64,000 nucleotides of DNA, taken from IMG/VR virus record IMGVR_UViG_3300019888_000001, positions 1 to 64,000 of that record; one strand, 5' to 3'. Source of the DNA: a virus. Positions 52,084 through 62,305 of the stretch are shown one piece after another. The notes beneath the pieces are model-generated. The model saw only the letters and a program-made list of their open reading frames with translations, had not been told where the DNA came from and did not search any database. The first letter of the stretch is position 1; each line of letters begins with the position of its first letter. Made by a program: the position numbers and the translations under genes.

Positions 52084-52860
52084 GTTGCCTCGGATGAAAT
52101 CCGGGCGACCAAAGCAGCGAAGCTACCTTAGGCAGTTTGATCGCAGTGCAGTAGCAGGTGCGATTGCCTATCGGAGTCTAAGTCGCAAGAGTAGCTGCCC
52201 ACAGTCGCGCGAGTAGTAACTGAGGTCGCGGAGCAAAATCGTGGTGGCTTTGTCCAACACGCGGGCAAGCGGTGAAACGTTTGCGAGCGCAATCCTGCGC
52301 TTCTCTATTGTAGAGCAAGAGTCGAAGATACAATGCCGATTAACGGGCGCGCTTGCGTGCTTTACGGCTGAACATGACCTTGTAAAACTGCGATAAGAAT
52401 CTACATGCGGCACGAAATGAGAGCGAGACCGCAAAAAGAACGTGCGAGGAAACTCAATATCTCGGCAAAGCTGGTAATGTCAGCAAACGCGAAAGCGGTC
52501 AAGTGACCGCTAAATCGTAGGGAAATTGGCGGCTAGTTGGACTGCAAACTATTAGAAAAGCCAGTCGAAACGAAACGTGGCGCACCTAAGGGCAATAAAA
52601 GGATTCGGCGCTAATTGCGCGGAGTCGAATAAGCTGTGAAGCTGCACAGTAACATCAAAACAAAGCGGCCACCCGGTAGGGATGGTGGATTTCTATTAGG
52701 CGTGACGCCTATTAACTAAGCATCTCGCGCGGCCGCGATGGTCTGCGCTGAACTAGAGAAATCTGTTAGCGGGCGCACAAGGCGCGCCCGTTTGCACTCT
52801 CAATCTTACACTTGCGCGCATGTGTGTGCGTTGCGAGGCAAAAACAAGTAAGGTTGAGAA
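52084..52860 (+). ncRNA. Candidate large structured non-coding RNA or long structured leader
   Basis: No + strand ORF; consecutive helices with GNRA/CUUG loops and G-U pairs; starts at the predicted sigma-54 TSS. Confidence 0.6.
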
Positions 52861-52869
52861 AATCAAACT

Positions 52870-53319
52870 ATGGATAACCAATTAACAGTATTCGTGGAGC
52901 AAACGAACGCCCAGATTGCTATTTCCAAAGCTATCGGACTGCCTATCGAGGTAATCCGAAGCAATGGTTCTAAAGCAAACTTCAAGACGTTCGCAGACTC
53001 GCGCGGAGTAGTTATCGACAAAACGGATTCGGATTTTGACAAAGATGCCGCAAGGGCACTTCGCGCAGAATTTAATTCGTTAGTCGCGGAATATCACGCG
53101 AAAATTAAACCAATCGCAGCGGGAATGCTCGCAGCGGACGGTTTCCGCGTGGCTTCATTGCAGCCTAAATACAACGCTAAATCGGGCGAGTATCAAGGCT
53201 GCAATATCGCAGTTCGACGTGAATTGAAGGGCGCGGCCCTTACACTTCGCGGCGAAAACGCGTTGCTCCGAAAGCAGCTTGCTGAACTGCAAGCCAAGCT
53301 ATCAGCGTTACCAGCCTAA
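52870..53319 (+). CDS. Hypothetical protein, first gene of the early-like region
   Basis: 149 aa with a C-terminal coiled coil. Confidence 0.6.
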   Translation: MDNQLTVFVEQTNAQIAISKAIGLPIEVIRSNGSKANFKTFADSRGVVIDKTDSDFDKDAARALRAEFNSLVAEYHAKIKPIAAGMLAADGFRVASLQPKYNAKSGEYQGCNIAVRRELKGAALTLRGENALLRKQLAELQAKLSALPA

Positions 53320-53852
53320 CCAAAGCAGGCAATAGCCTACTTTGCGAAAAACTGCGCTCAATCTAGGTAGGTTGAGCGCAGACTTCGCAGATTTTATGAG
53401 ACATCACACGAAAAATGTCTCTCCGCGAAAAGAAAAACGGCATTTGCTTAATCAAATCGCAATTTGTCGAGCGTTAGCGGCGAGGCATCAAATGACACGA
53501 TCAGAACGCTCTTGGATGAACGAGCGCCAACGTATCGTTTTTCAGATTAAGATTTTGAAAGGGCAACTAGCCCGAAGTTAATAGTCAGCGCATAGCCTGC
53601 GCTCGTTATGAACGGCGCGTAATACATATCCCGCCTGTGGTATGTTCAAGCGCGATTAACAGGCACAATTTTCATCGCCGAAACGGTTGGGTTAAAGTCC
53701 CACTCTACAGGCTTGGAAGATATCGAACACGACGCGAGAAATCTGTATTCGTGTGCTCCGGCAGCCCGATGATTATTTACACTACAACTGCGCTCGATCT
53801 GAGCGAATAGCCCGATAAAAACGCGCAGTCGGGCACAATTTACGTTACATTT

Positions 53853-54176
53853 ATGCAAAAAAATAAGAGCGTTTACGTGATTCTGCTCAATTCAGCAGTC
53901 GCGGTGCACGCAAAACTGCGTAAACAGAATCCAAACCGCAATCCACAGAAACCTTGCGTTTATGTAGGAATTACGGGGCTTTCTGTCGAAGAAAGATTTG
54001 AGAATCATAAACGCGGATATAAATCGTCGCGTTACGCTACGAAATATGCCGTCAGGCTGATGCCTGAATTATACGAGCATCTTAATCCATTGACTTACGA
54101 CGAGGCGATGTGCGCAGAAATAACGTTAGCGGAAACCCTTCGTAATGAAGGATATACAGTGGCTGGTGGTCATTAA
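53853..54176 (+). CDS. GIY-YIG-like nuclease
   Basis: 'SVYVI..VYVGITG...ERFENH..E'. Confidence 0.7.
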   Translation: MQKNKSVYVILLNSAVAVHAKLRKQNPNRNPQKPCVYVGITGLSVEERFENHKRGYKSSRYATKYAVRLMPELYEHLNPLTYDEAMCAEITLAETLRNEGYTVAGGH

Positions 54177-54951
54177 TATGCAAATAGAAATCAGATCAAT
54201 AAATGGACGTGTTATCAGAATCGAAGTAGCCAAAGATACTATTTCATCTGATGATTTGAAGAAACTGATGGATTGGAACAAACAAACTGAAAATCAAATA
54301 TGACTGAAACAGAGAAACAAAACAGCGTGAAACAGTGGGAACGGTTCGGGAACGAACCGGATTCCAAACGTCAAAAACGACTTGACATAATCGAAGCGTA
54401 TAAAAACCGCTTCAAAACCGCAAACAGTCAACGCGGGAACTCCAAAAAGGCTAAATAAATGACAACTTACAACGCTACCTGCCAGTTACGTTACAAAACC
54501 TTACGCTGGTCAACTCACACTGTTTACCGCCTTCGTGCGAATACACCAAGCGAAGCATTAAAAATTGCCGATTTGAACGTTCGGCGAGATTTCGATAACC
54601 CAGATTTCCAGTTCAAAAATCTAACCGTAAAACCCGTAACATGTAACAAATAACCCTGATGCAGTGTTGCCAAACAGATTATTCAATGCAGCAGTGTGAC
54701 GGCTCTGCTGCCTTGAGTAATTTATGAAAATAACATTAGAAGAATGTATCATGGTGGGCAATGCCGGGTGGGGAATACTCTTCCATTCATGGTTTTGCAT
54801 GGTTGTTGCAGGAGTGATGGCGTTGCAGTTATCATACTACTCATTCAGGAAAAGGTTATGACTTTATGAGCAAAACTTCCATCTGGCTTATAGACATCGG
54901 CATAGCTATATTTATCTGGCTTTTCGGATTCGCTATCGGCCATTACTTAAT

Positions 54952-55021
54952 ATGAAATTATGAAATTATGAAATTATGAAATTATGAAATTATGAAATTA
55001 TGAAATTATGAAATTATGAAA
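54952..55021 (+). repeat. (ATGAAATT)8 tandem repeat encoding overlapping M-K-L-stop minigenes
   Basis: Eight copies at 54952-55015, then ATGAAAAAACTA starts a signal-peptide ORF at 55016. Confidence 0.9.
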
Positions 55022-57464
55022 AAACTAATACTGATAGCATTGCTAACCGCGCTTTCGGGCGTGATTGGATATCAAATCGGCATCGCAACCGCACCTACAT
55101 ATGACACAGTGCAGCTTGTGTTGCCGCCAACCCTACAACCACCATCACTCGAAAAATTATGATTAAAACAGTTAAACACGCGGAATCGTATTTTCCACGT
55201 TTCATGTCGAAATGTTGTAGTGCGGAAACGCATACCGGGATTTGCATGGAGTGTGGAAATGCGGCAGTAATGCCGTTTTATTTTGTAGCTACTAAACCGA
55301 TCCCTGATGCAATCGCGATTTGTCGCGAAAAACAATTACGCGCGCAACTGCCGGTCGGCGCGTCAATCGTTGGGTTAATCTCTTTATGAACACCAAAATC
55401 GAAATCAAACTGAAAAACGGTAACACAGTTTATCTTGAAACAAACCGCGCGCCGATACCATCCCTTTGGCTCGGCGAACTAATGCTACAACTTACGAAAC
55501 ATGAAAAAGCAAAACAAAACTAAAATAGTAATGGCTGTAGCATGGCAACATGGCTGCAGGGTTACGCGGATAACAGATAAAAACCGGCAAACTATCAAGT
55601 TTCCGTCTTCAAAACAAGCTGCTGGTTACATCGGCCGGCTTAAAAACGTGATAATTAAACTCGGATGAAACAAAACGATTGCGAATTGGTTGACGGTAAA
55701 ACCGGTGAAACCGTGTTTCGAGGAAACTTTCCAGACTGCTGGAATCATCCTCAACGTAATGTTGATAGTAAAACTGGTGATTTAGGAGTTTTTTTGTTAT
55801 CCCGTGAAGCTGCCAAGAAATATCGCGCAGCGTTGCAGGAAAAAGCGAAATTCCAAAAACAGCTAAAACAACATATAGAAAAAGAAATAGCGCGGGTCAC
55901 GGCGAAGCCGCGCAAACGTAAGCAAAATGAAACCTATTAAAATCAGATTCGAGGACAAACCAGATTTAAGTTATGATCTTAGCGGCCAACCTGTTGAGAT
56001 TGAACGAGTTATCGAAGCTGCGCTTGACGGTGAGAATTTGATGAATGTCATTTTCTCGGTTAAAAACGACGGATTAACGTTGACAAAAACCACCAATTTA
56101 TGCTAGAAGATTAATATGAACAAAGAAGAAGAAGTGCAAAAACTACTGGCCGAAGGGATGTCGATTCAAGACATTGTGGATTATTACGAAAATACCCACG
56201 ATTATGAAGGAATCGCCGCCGTTTCGGATTTGAACAACGACAACCACTCCGCAAGGATGGATTAATGACAATCGAATTTCGACGTAAACGAGGTAAACGC
56301 TTCCAAAAAGGAGTGCTTTATCTCCATATAGGTAAAATCTCAACCGGCGAATTGAAAACCTTATGCGACTCCGTGTTTAGTAAGAAAAGCCAAGCTCCTG
56401 AACACTGTATGCCTTACCAAAAAGGTGAAGCATCTGATTATTAACAGTTGAAGTATGAAAACTAATAGGAACATGCTCCCTATAAATCTCTCGGACTTAC
56501 CGAGGCCATAAGATATTTTTGCACAGGGACTCGCGCTTGAACATACCACAGGCGCCGGAGAACGAAACTCCATCCTATTTTAGAAGCCCGAAACCAACAA
56601 CTGAAACAACGAGGACTTCGACCATGAAGTCTTATCATGCATTACAACTCGGGCTGTTGTTTGCTATCTTCTCCAACCAACTGCCATACGCATTTGCGAA
56701 AGTAATCGGTGGTCTGTTAAGCCTAACTTATTGTGTGACCGCATGCATTTTAACATTCAAAGAAGAATGAAAAGTAAATACTACGACAATTATCCCGAAG
56801 TCAAACGTCACATTTTGAATAAACCTGGACATACCGGAACTACAGGACACGATGGTTTCCGACTGCGGAAGAATGGCGAGGGAAGATGGGTGTTTGTTGA
56901 AGGGATTAACCGACCAATTCCTATCGTTAATCGCCGCGATTCGGCTTGCATGAATAAATGTTTTAAGAAACGAGGATTATGAGACATAAAAAGACAAATT
57001 ATGAGACACCAAACACCAAGTAAACGTGCCTGGCGGAGAATGACGAAAAGCATGTCGGTAGCAGGATTGGCGGTAATGCTGATCCAGTTATGGCATACAG
57101 CGTATCCATCCAAACCGTAGACTAATCCAAGCACGGATGAATATTATGAACACAAAACCTGAAAAATACGCACTATTCTTTTGGTATTGCCCGGAAATAC
57201 CTCAAGCATCGTTGTTGGAGCAGATTATAGCTCGTCAAGGAAAAGATGCGGATATGGACAAGCCAATGGCTCGACCCGAATCGCCACCGAAAAAGCTAGT
57301 CTTTATCAAAATGGTAGATTCGGCTGTTGAGTTAAGCTCTCTTATTTCGCGATCACCTACGTTAGATTACGTAATCATGCAAGGCAGCTTGCATGCAGTG
57401 AAGGCGTCTACGTCGGTGTTCGTTGATGGTAAAAACCTGATGGAAGATCAAATAAACGGATAAT

Positions 57465-57887
57465 ATGGAAGACCCAATAAAACACCGCGATAAATTTATG
57501 AAGCACATTCTTCTAACAGGAGCCGCGCTTATGGTAGCCGGCTGCGCGGATATCCCAACTCATTCCACAAAAGCGCGCGTTACGTTTTACTCACGAGGCG
57601 AAGATAAATACGGTTCGCGTATCGCCACTGGCGGACGTGCACGAGAAGGTCGCACAGTTGCAGCCTCGACTTTAGTTCCGTTTGGAACAGGAATCCAAAT
57701 ACCCGGCTTGGCCGGAATCGTTGGTAACGGAAGATTTGTCTGCGAAGATCGTGGTTCAGCAGTGAATCGGGAACGAGCAAGCAGAGGACAGGCGCCGGTG
57801 ATTGATGTATATTGCGCGTCGCCTGCTAAACGACGACGGCTAGCTCGATCACTTCCTGAATATATGGAGATTAAATATGATAACTAA
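57465..57887 (+). CDS. 3D-domain (MltA-like) lipoprotein
   Basis: Lipobox VAGC; 'TVAA....PFGT.I.IPG..CEDRG.AV..IDVY'. Confidence 0.75.
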   Translation: MEDPIKHRDKFMKHILLTGAALMVAGCADIPTHSTKARVTFYSRGEDKYGSRIATGGRAREGRTVAASTLVPFGTGIQIPGLAGIVGNGRFVCEDRGSAVNRERASRGQAPVIDVYCASPAKRRRLARSLPEYMEIKYDN

Positions 57888-58749
57888 GCCAATGTTAGCG
57901 GGCAAATGCACAGATATTACTAAGCTGACGTTTCCTGTTTTAGCCACGCCTAAACTCGACGGCATCCGTTGTCTGATGATTAATGGGAAGGCCGTGAGCC
58001 GCAAATTCAAACCAATTCCGAATAAGTTTATCCGAAGCACGCTTGAAATGACTTGCAGCTCAATGCAGCTCGACGGCGAGATAATGATCGAAGGCCGGTC
58101 GTTCAACGATCTGTCTGGCGATGTTCGCCGTGAAGATGGACGACCAGATTTTTATTATGCTGTATTCGATTATGTTAAATACGCCAATTCAGACCCCTAT
58201 CCGAAGCGGGCGCAACATTTACGAGAAGTAATTCTCCCTGCATGTTGTCGTAAGATTCTGCCAGTGCCGATTGACACTATAGAACAGTTGCAAGCGTATG
58301 AGCAAGAGCAAGTGGCTCTAGGCTACGAGGGAGTTATGGTTCGGTCGTTGCTTTCTCCTTATAAAGGCGGGCGCAGCACGGAGAACGAAGGCTATCTGCT
58401 AAAAATAAAACGTTTCGAGGATGCCGAGGCCGTAGTCGTCGGATATCGCGAAATGATGCACAATGACAATGTCACTACAAAAGACGCTTTTGGGCGCAGC
58501 GAACGAAGCAGTCACAAAGAAAATCTACGTGGAGCCGGCGTGTTGGGAAACCTCGAGTGTAAAGCCAAGCCCTGGACGACAACATTCGAAATTGGCACCG
58601 GATTCGACGCTAAAACACGGTCTGACCTGTGGGCCAACCGAGATAAGCTTATAGGAAAATTGGTCAAGTTTCGACACCAACCAAGCGGAGCCGGCGCCCG
58701 GCCTCGGTTCCCTACGTTTATTGGCTTCCGTGACGAATGGGATTTATGA
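57877..58749 (+). CDS. ATP-dependent DNA ligase
   Basis: KLDGIR motif I, 'LDGEI', 'GYEGVMVR', 'LLKIK', 'IGTGF', 'PRFP'. Confidence 0.92.
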   Translation: MITKPMLAGKCTDITKLTFPVLATPKLDGIRCLMINGKAVSRKFKPIPNKFIRSTLEMTCSSMQLDGEIMIEGRSFNDLSGDVRREDGRPDFYYAVFDYVKYANSDPYPKRAQHLREVILPACCRKILPVPIDTIEQLQAYEQEQVALGYEGVMVRSLLSPYKGGRSTENEGYLLKIKRFEDAEAVVVGYREMMHNDNVTTKDAFGRSERSSHKENLRGAGVLGNLECKAKPWTTTFEIGTGFDAKTRSDLWANRDKLIGKLVKFRHQPSGAGARPRFPTFIGFRDEWDL

Positions 58750-58943
58750 CACACAAAAACATAACGTTTGACCAAAATATTTGCCAGGGCAGACCGGTTA
58801 TAACCGGCACTGGCATCCGAACAGAAATAATTTTTAGTCGCTTCAAAGCCGGCGAAACTGTCCCTGAACTGGCAGCGGATTACTTGCTACGCCCTTCACA
58901 AATAGAAGATGCTATTCGATATGAAATCACGAAAACTAACTAA
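58746..58943 (+). CDS. DUF433 family protein (antitoxin-like)
   Basis: 'I..D..IC.GRPVI.GT.I.....G....ELA.DY.L....I.DAI.Y'. Confidence 0.8.
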   Translation: MTHKNITFDQNICQGRPVITGTGIRTEIIFSRFKAGETVPELAADYLLRPSQIEDAIRYEITKTN

Positions 58944-59356
58944 TCAATGAACCTGGCTCCGCATGTATCTCGCATGGTTTAACGCGAATACATGGTTTGC
59001 GGCAGCCACGACGAGACAACGCCAATGAGGCCTCCTAGGTGGGAACCAGCCTCATCATGCAGTGACTGTATTTTTGTAGGCCAGCATGAGAATCTGGATA
59101 TTTGGGTCTGTCGTAATGCCGAATCTGGGGAATTTGCAATCAACAAACATGGAAAAGCAAAACATGTTTGTTGGTGGGTATAATGAATACGATATATGGA
59201 TATGTGGTAATAGCTACCTTGGTTCTGACAAAACGTATGCTGCCACACCGCACTCTTTATCCTTACTGGCAGATTTGCCAATAATTATTCAAATGGAAAT
59301 AAGAAAGCTTACGGCTCCGTATTTTACGAATGGAAACCTAAACAACCTTTATCTAG

Positions 59357-59830
59357 CTACTGTGAAGATTCGGAACGGGGTAGATCAATGACCTCCCCTT
59401 CTGCCATTTCGTTTATGTTCACTAACGTCTGTTGGACAACCTCGGTGTTGTCTAATCCTGCTGCTCGGCGGGCAGCTTTATCAGCAATGTCGAAGTCGTG
59501 CCACGTCTTAGGCGGCGCTATCCGCGAAGCAGACACGGCTTTCGACGCTTTGTCAAACGCAGCGCCACGATGAAGCTCGGCTTTCTCTGTCCAATTTTCC
59601 GCAACTTTATCCAGTGCAGAAGGTGTGGGCCGGGTAGTCAACTGTTTAGCCCTCCGGGCAATAGCGGCCGGCGTAGGCCACTTCAATCGGGTAGCCCGAA
59701 TACGGATCGTGTTTGATTTGATTCCAAACTCTTTTGCAGCATCGGCGAAACTCATGCCGGCCACGCAAGCTAACTCGATTTCACGCCATAGCTCGACTGG
59801 ATGAGCTACGCAACCACCACCATTTTTCAT
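59357..59830 (-). CDS. Putative terminase small subunit (HTH)
   Basis: 'W......GMSF..AAKEFGIK..TIR.RA.R.KW' HTH; 'ADKAARRAAGLD' C-terminus. Confidence 0.6.
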   Translation of the reverse strand: MKNGGGCVAHPVELWREIELACVAGMSFADAAKEFGIKSNTIRIRATRLKWPTPAAIARRAKQLTTRPTPSALDKVAENWTEKAELHRGAAFDKASKAVSASRIAPPKTWHDFDIADKAARRAAGLDNTEVVQQTLVNINEMAEGEVIDLPRSESSQ

Positions 59831-60725
59831 ATGCAACGATACCGCAAATCTAAGCCCGGCGCAACAACAGAGTTTTCTAGGTTGGTTAAAACGTTTTGGG
59901 AGCAGCGTCTCCAGATTCCTGACGAGGCCACCAGTGAAGAATGGACTAAAAAGGATGTGCCTCAACCAGTATTACAGGCGACGGGTCTGGAGTACCCATA
60001 TCAGGTAATAATACGCCTTTCTGGTGTAGAAACAAAACTGTTAACCGACTATCGCAAAGAATTTTTGGCATGGCTAGCACTGATGCAATGAACTTATGAC
60101 TAATGGACAAATCTTCAAGCGTCTTTACACCGAGGGCCACTGGTGGGACTTACGACATAGCATTTCAGTAAGTTATGCAGAAGAATACTTTCAATCTCTA
60201 ACATACGCTTCGAAAGACTCATGCATCGCAGCACGTCTGCTTCTGAAGCGCGGTCTTGTGGAGTCCTATCTCGTTTGGAGTAGGTTCCGGCAACAATGTG
60301 TGTAAGCAACCGCGTGCACCACGCTCGGCTATGATTTGTTTGGCTGACAATATTTATTTAGGAGACGGATGCCCACTGGGGCCGGGACCAGGACGACCCG
60401 CACGGGTTGATTGTTTGTGGCTTGCAACGAAAACGGGAGCCCCACTCTTCTACTTCCACTCGTTACCGGGGATATATTGAGTACGGTCATCCTGTGTCCA
60501 TCGATCCTCGGCAAATATTCGTACAAACTAACCAAGTTGGGCTTTTATGAACCTCTCACAATGAAACAGGACTTTACGAATCTTTTGGTTTAAGACTACG
60601 AAAGGATTATTCCTGGCTTCCAAATGGAACCATAAGTTATGGCCTTGTGAGCGTCATTTCGTAATAACCTACCAAAAAGAATTTGAAGCATGGTTAAACA
60701 ATAAACAATAAACAGAAAACAAAAC

Positions 60726-61730
60726 ATGATAGAAACCATAACACTGAAACCGTCCCAGTTAATGGACGCGTTAGCACACTGCGATAAGGCTAAGTTGCGA
60801 CCCTTCATTGTGTCGCCGCCTGGCTTAGGCAAGTCCCAGATCGTGGCCCAATACGCCGCGAAGCGCCCGTTCGTGGATACGAGATTGTCTTACGCGAGTC
60901 CAATCGACTTGCGGGGCGTCCCGTATCGCGATGGCGAGAAATGCCAGTTCGCATCACCGGCGGAATATCCGTCGAATGAAGGCACAGTTTGGTTGTTAGA
61001 CGAGTATTCCTGTGCCTCGAAACAAGTCCGGAACGCCGCATTGCAGTTGTTGCTGGAAAACAAAATTGGACAATACACTTGTCCTAAAGACACGTTTATC
61101 GTGCTAGCGGGCAACGGTATGTCCGATCGCGCCAACGTAGAGCGAGCGGGTTCTGCGGAAGTCAATCGCATTGTGTTCGTAAGCCTTCGACCCGATCTTA
61201 CTGATTGGGTAGAGTGGGCGCTGCCGGCGGGGATTGATCCTCGTATTGTAGCGTTTCTTAACTTCCGACCAGGGTGTTTGCACGACTTCGATCCATCAAC
61301 TTTTGACGGCTCGAAAGGGTTTGCCTCGCCAAGATCGTGGGAGTTCACCAACCGCCTTCTGAAAGGCGGATCCACGGGGGCCATAAGACTGGCGCTGATG
61401 ACAGGGTTGGTAGGGCAAGGTGCCGCGTTGGAGTTTGAAGCTTTCTTGAAAGTATTCGACAAGCTTCCAGACTTCGATTATGTGCTGGCCAATCCTACGA
61501 AAGCAATCGTGCCGAAGAACGACCCTGCGGTAATGTATGCCATTACTGCCGGTCTTGCTTTGCACGTCACGGAAAAGACAATCAAAAATGCGCTGGTGTA
61601 TCTCGCTAGAATCCCGAAAGAATTCGAGGTTTTCGCAGTTAGAATGGCGCTGAAATCCAAGAGCAAGTTAGCGTATGCTCAAGAAATTATCACATGGGTA
61701 AGCAAAAACAAAGACGTTCTAGCAGGGTAA
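60726..61730 (+). CDS. MoxR-like AAA+ ATPase
   Basis: PPGLGKS, 'DLRGVP', 'LLDE', 'AGN..DRA', 'SPRSW'. Confidence 0.85.
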   Translation: MIETITLKPSQLMDALAHCDKAKLRPFIVSPPGLGKSQIVAQYAAKRPFVDTRLSYASPIDLRGVPYRDGEKCQFASPAEYPSNEGTVWLLDEYSCASKQVRNAALQLLLENKIGQYTCPKDTFIVLAGNGMSDRANVERAGSAEVNRIVFVSLRPDLTDWVEWALPAGIDPRIVAFLNFRPGCLHDFDPSTFDGSKGFASPRSWEFTNRLLKGGSTGAIRLALMTGLVGQGAALEFEAFLKVFDKLPDFDYVLANPTKAIVPKNDPAVMYAITAGLALHVTEKTIKNALVYLARIPKEFEVFAVRMALKSKSKLAYAQEIITWVSKNKDVLAG

Positions 61731-62305
61731 GGAACACGGAGTTTATCAAACTTATCCAGGCAATCCGAAAGAAACCCAAGATACAGTTGTATCGCAAGCT
61801 ACACTATCGAGATGCTGTTATTAATACATATGATAACCAATGGAAGGATCAGATAGTTTGGTACGGGCCAATGACTATACTGGTAACCGAAGTGTTTTAT
61901 AAATTAATGACCAAGCATAAGAAAGAATTCGAAGCATGGATGAGAATCCAGACTCAAAACCGGCAGGGATAAAGGGTATGATATTGCTTAAACCAAGCGT
62001 ATACCTATGCATGAACCGTGAGGGTTCAGGATACATAGGTGACATTACAGGTAACGCTATTTTTGACCCAGAAGTTTTTGAGGAAGGATTTAAGATAGCC
62101 CGTAAACGCGGATATATCCCATCTAACCTAGATTATAGGCTAACCAAACTCGGAAAAGCAATGATGAATTTAACACAATGAAACAAAACAAACTACCAAG
62201 ACCCGAAGTGGCTATCGACCATGATTCGAAAAGAGCTTTATTGTGCAGCAAAAAAGCAACAGAAACAGCTCGATACGACATCAGAAGGGCGTTAAGGTTA
62301 AACGA

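Noticed and set aside
52084-52860. RNase P RNA, tmRNA or group I/II intron identity
   Set aside because: Only partial resemblance (GAGGAAAC instead of GAGGAAAGUCC); no tRNA-like ends, no domain V or P7 motifs recognised, no interrupted host gene
60726-61730. Phage-encoded sigma-54 activator
   Set aside because: No GAFTGA motif; MoxR-like and paired with a vWA protein
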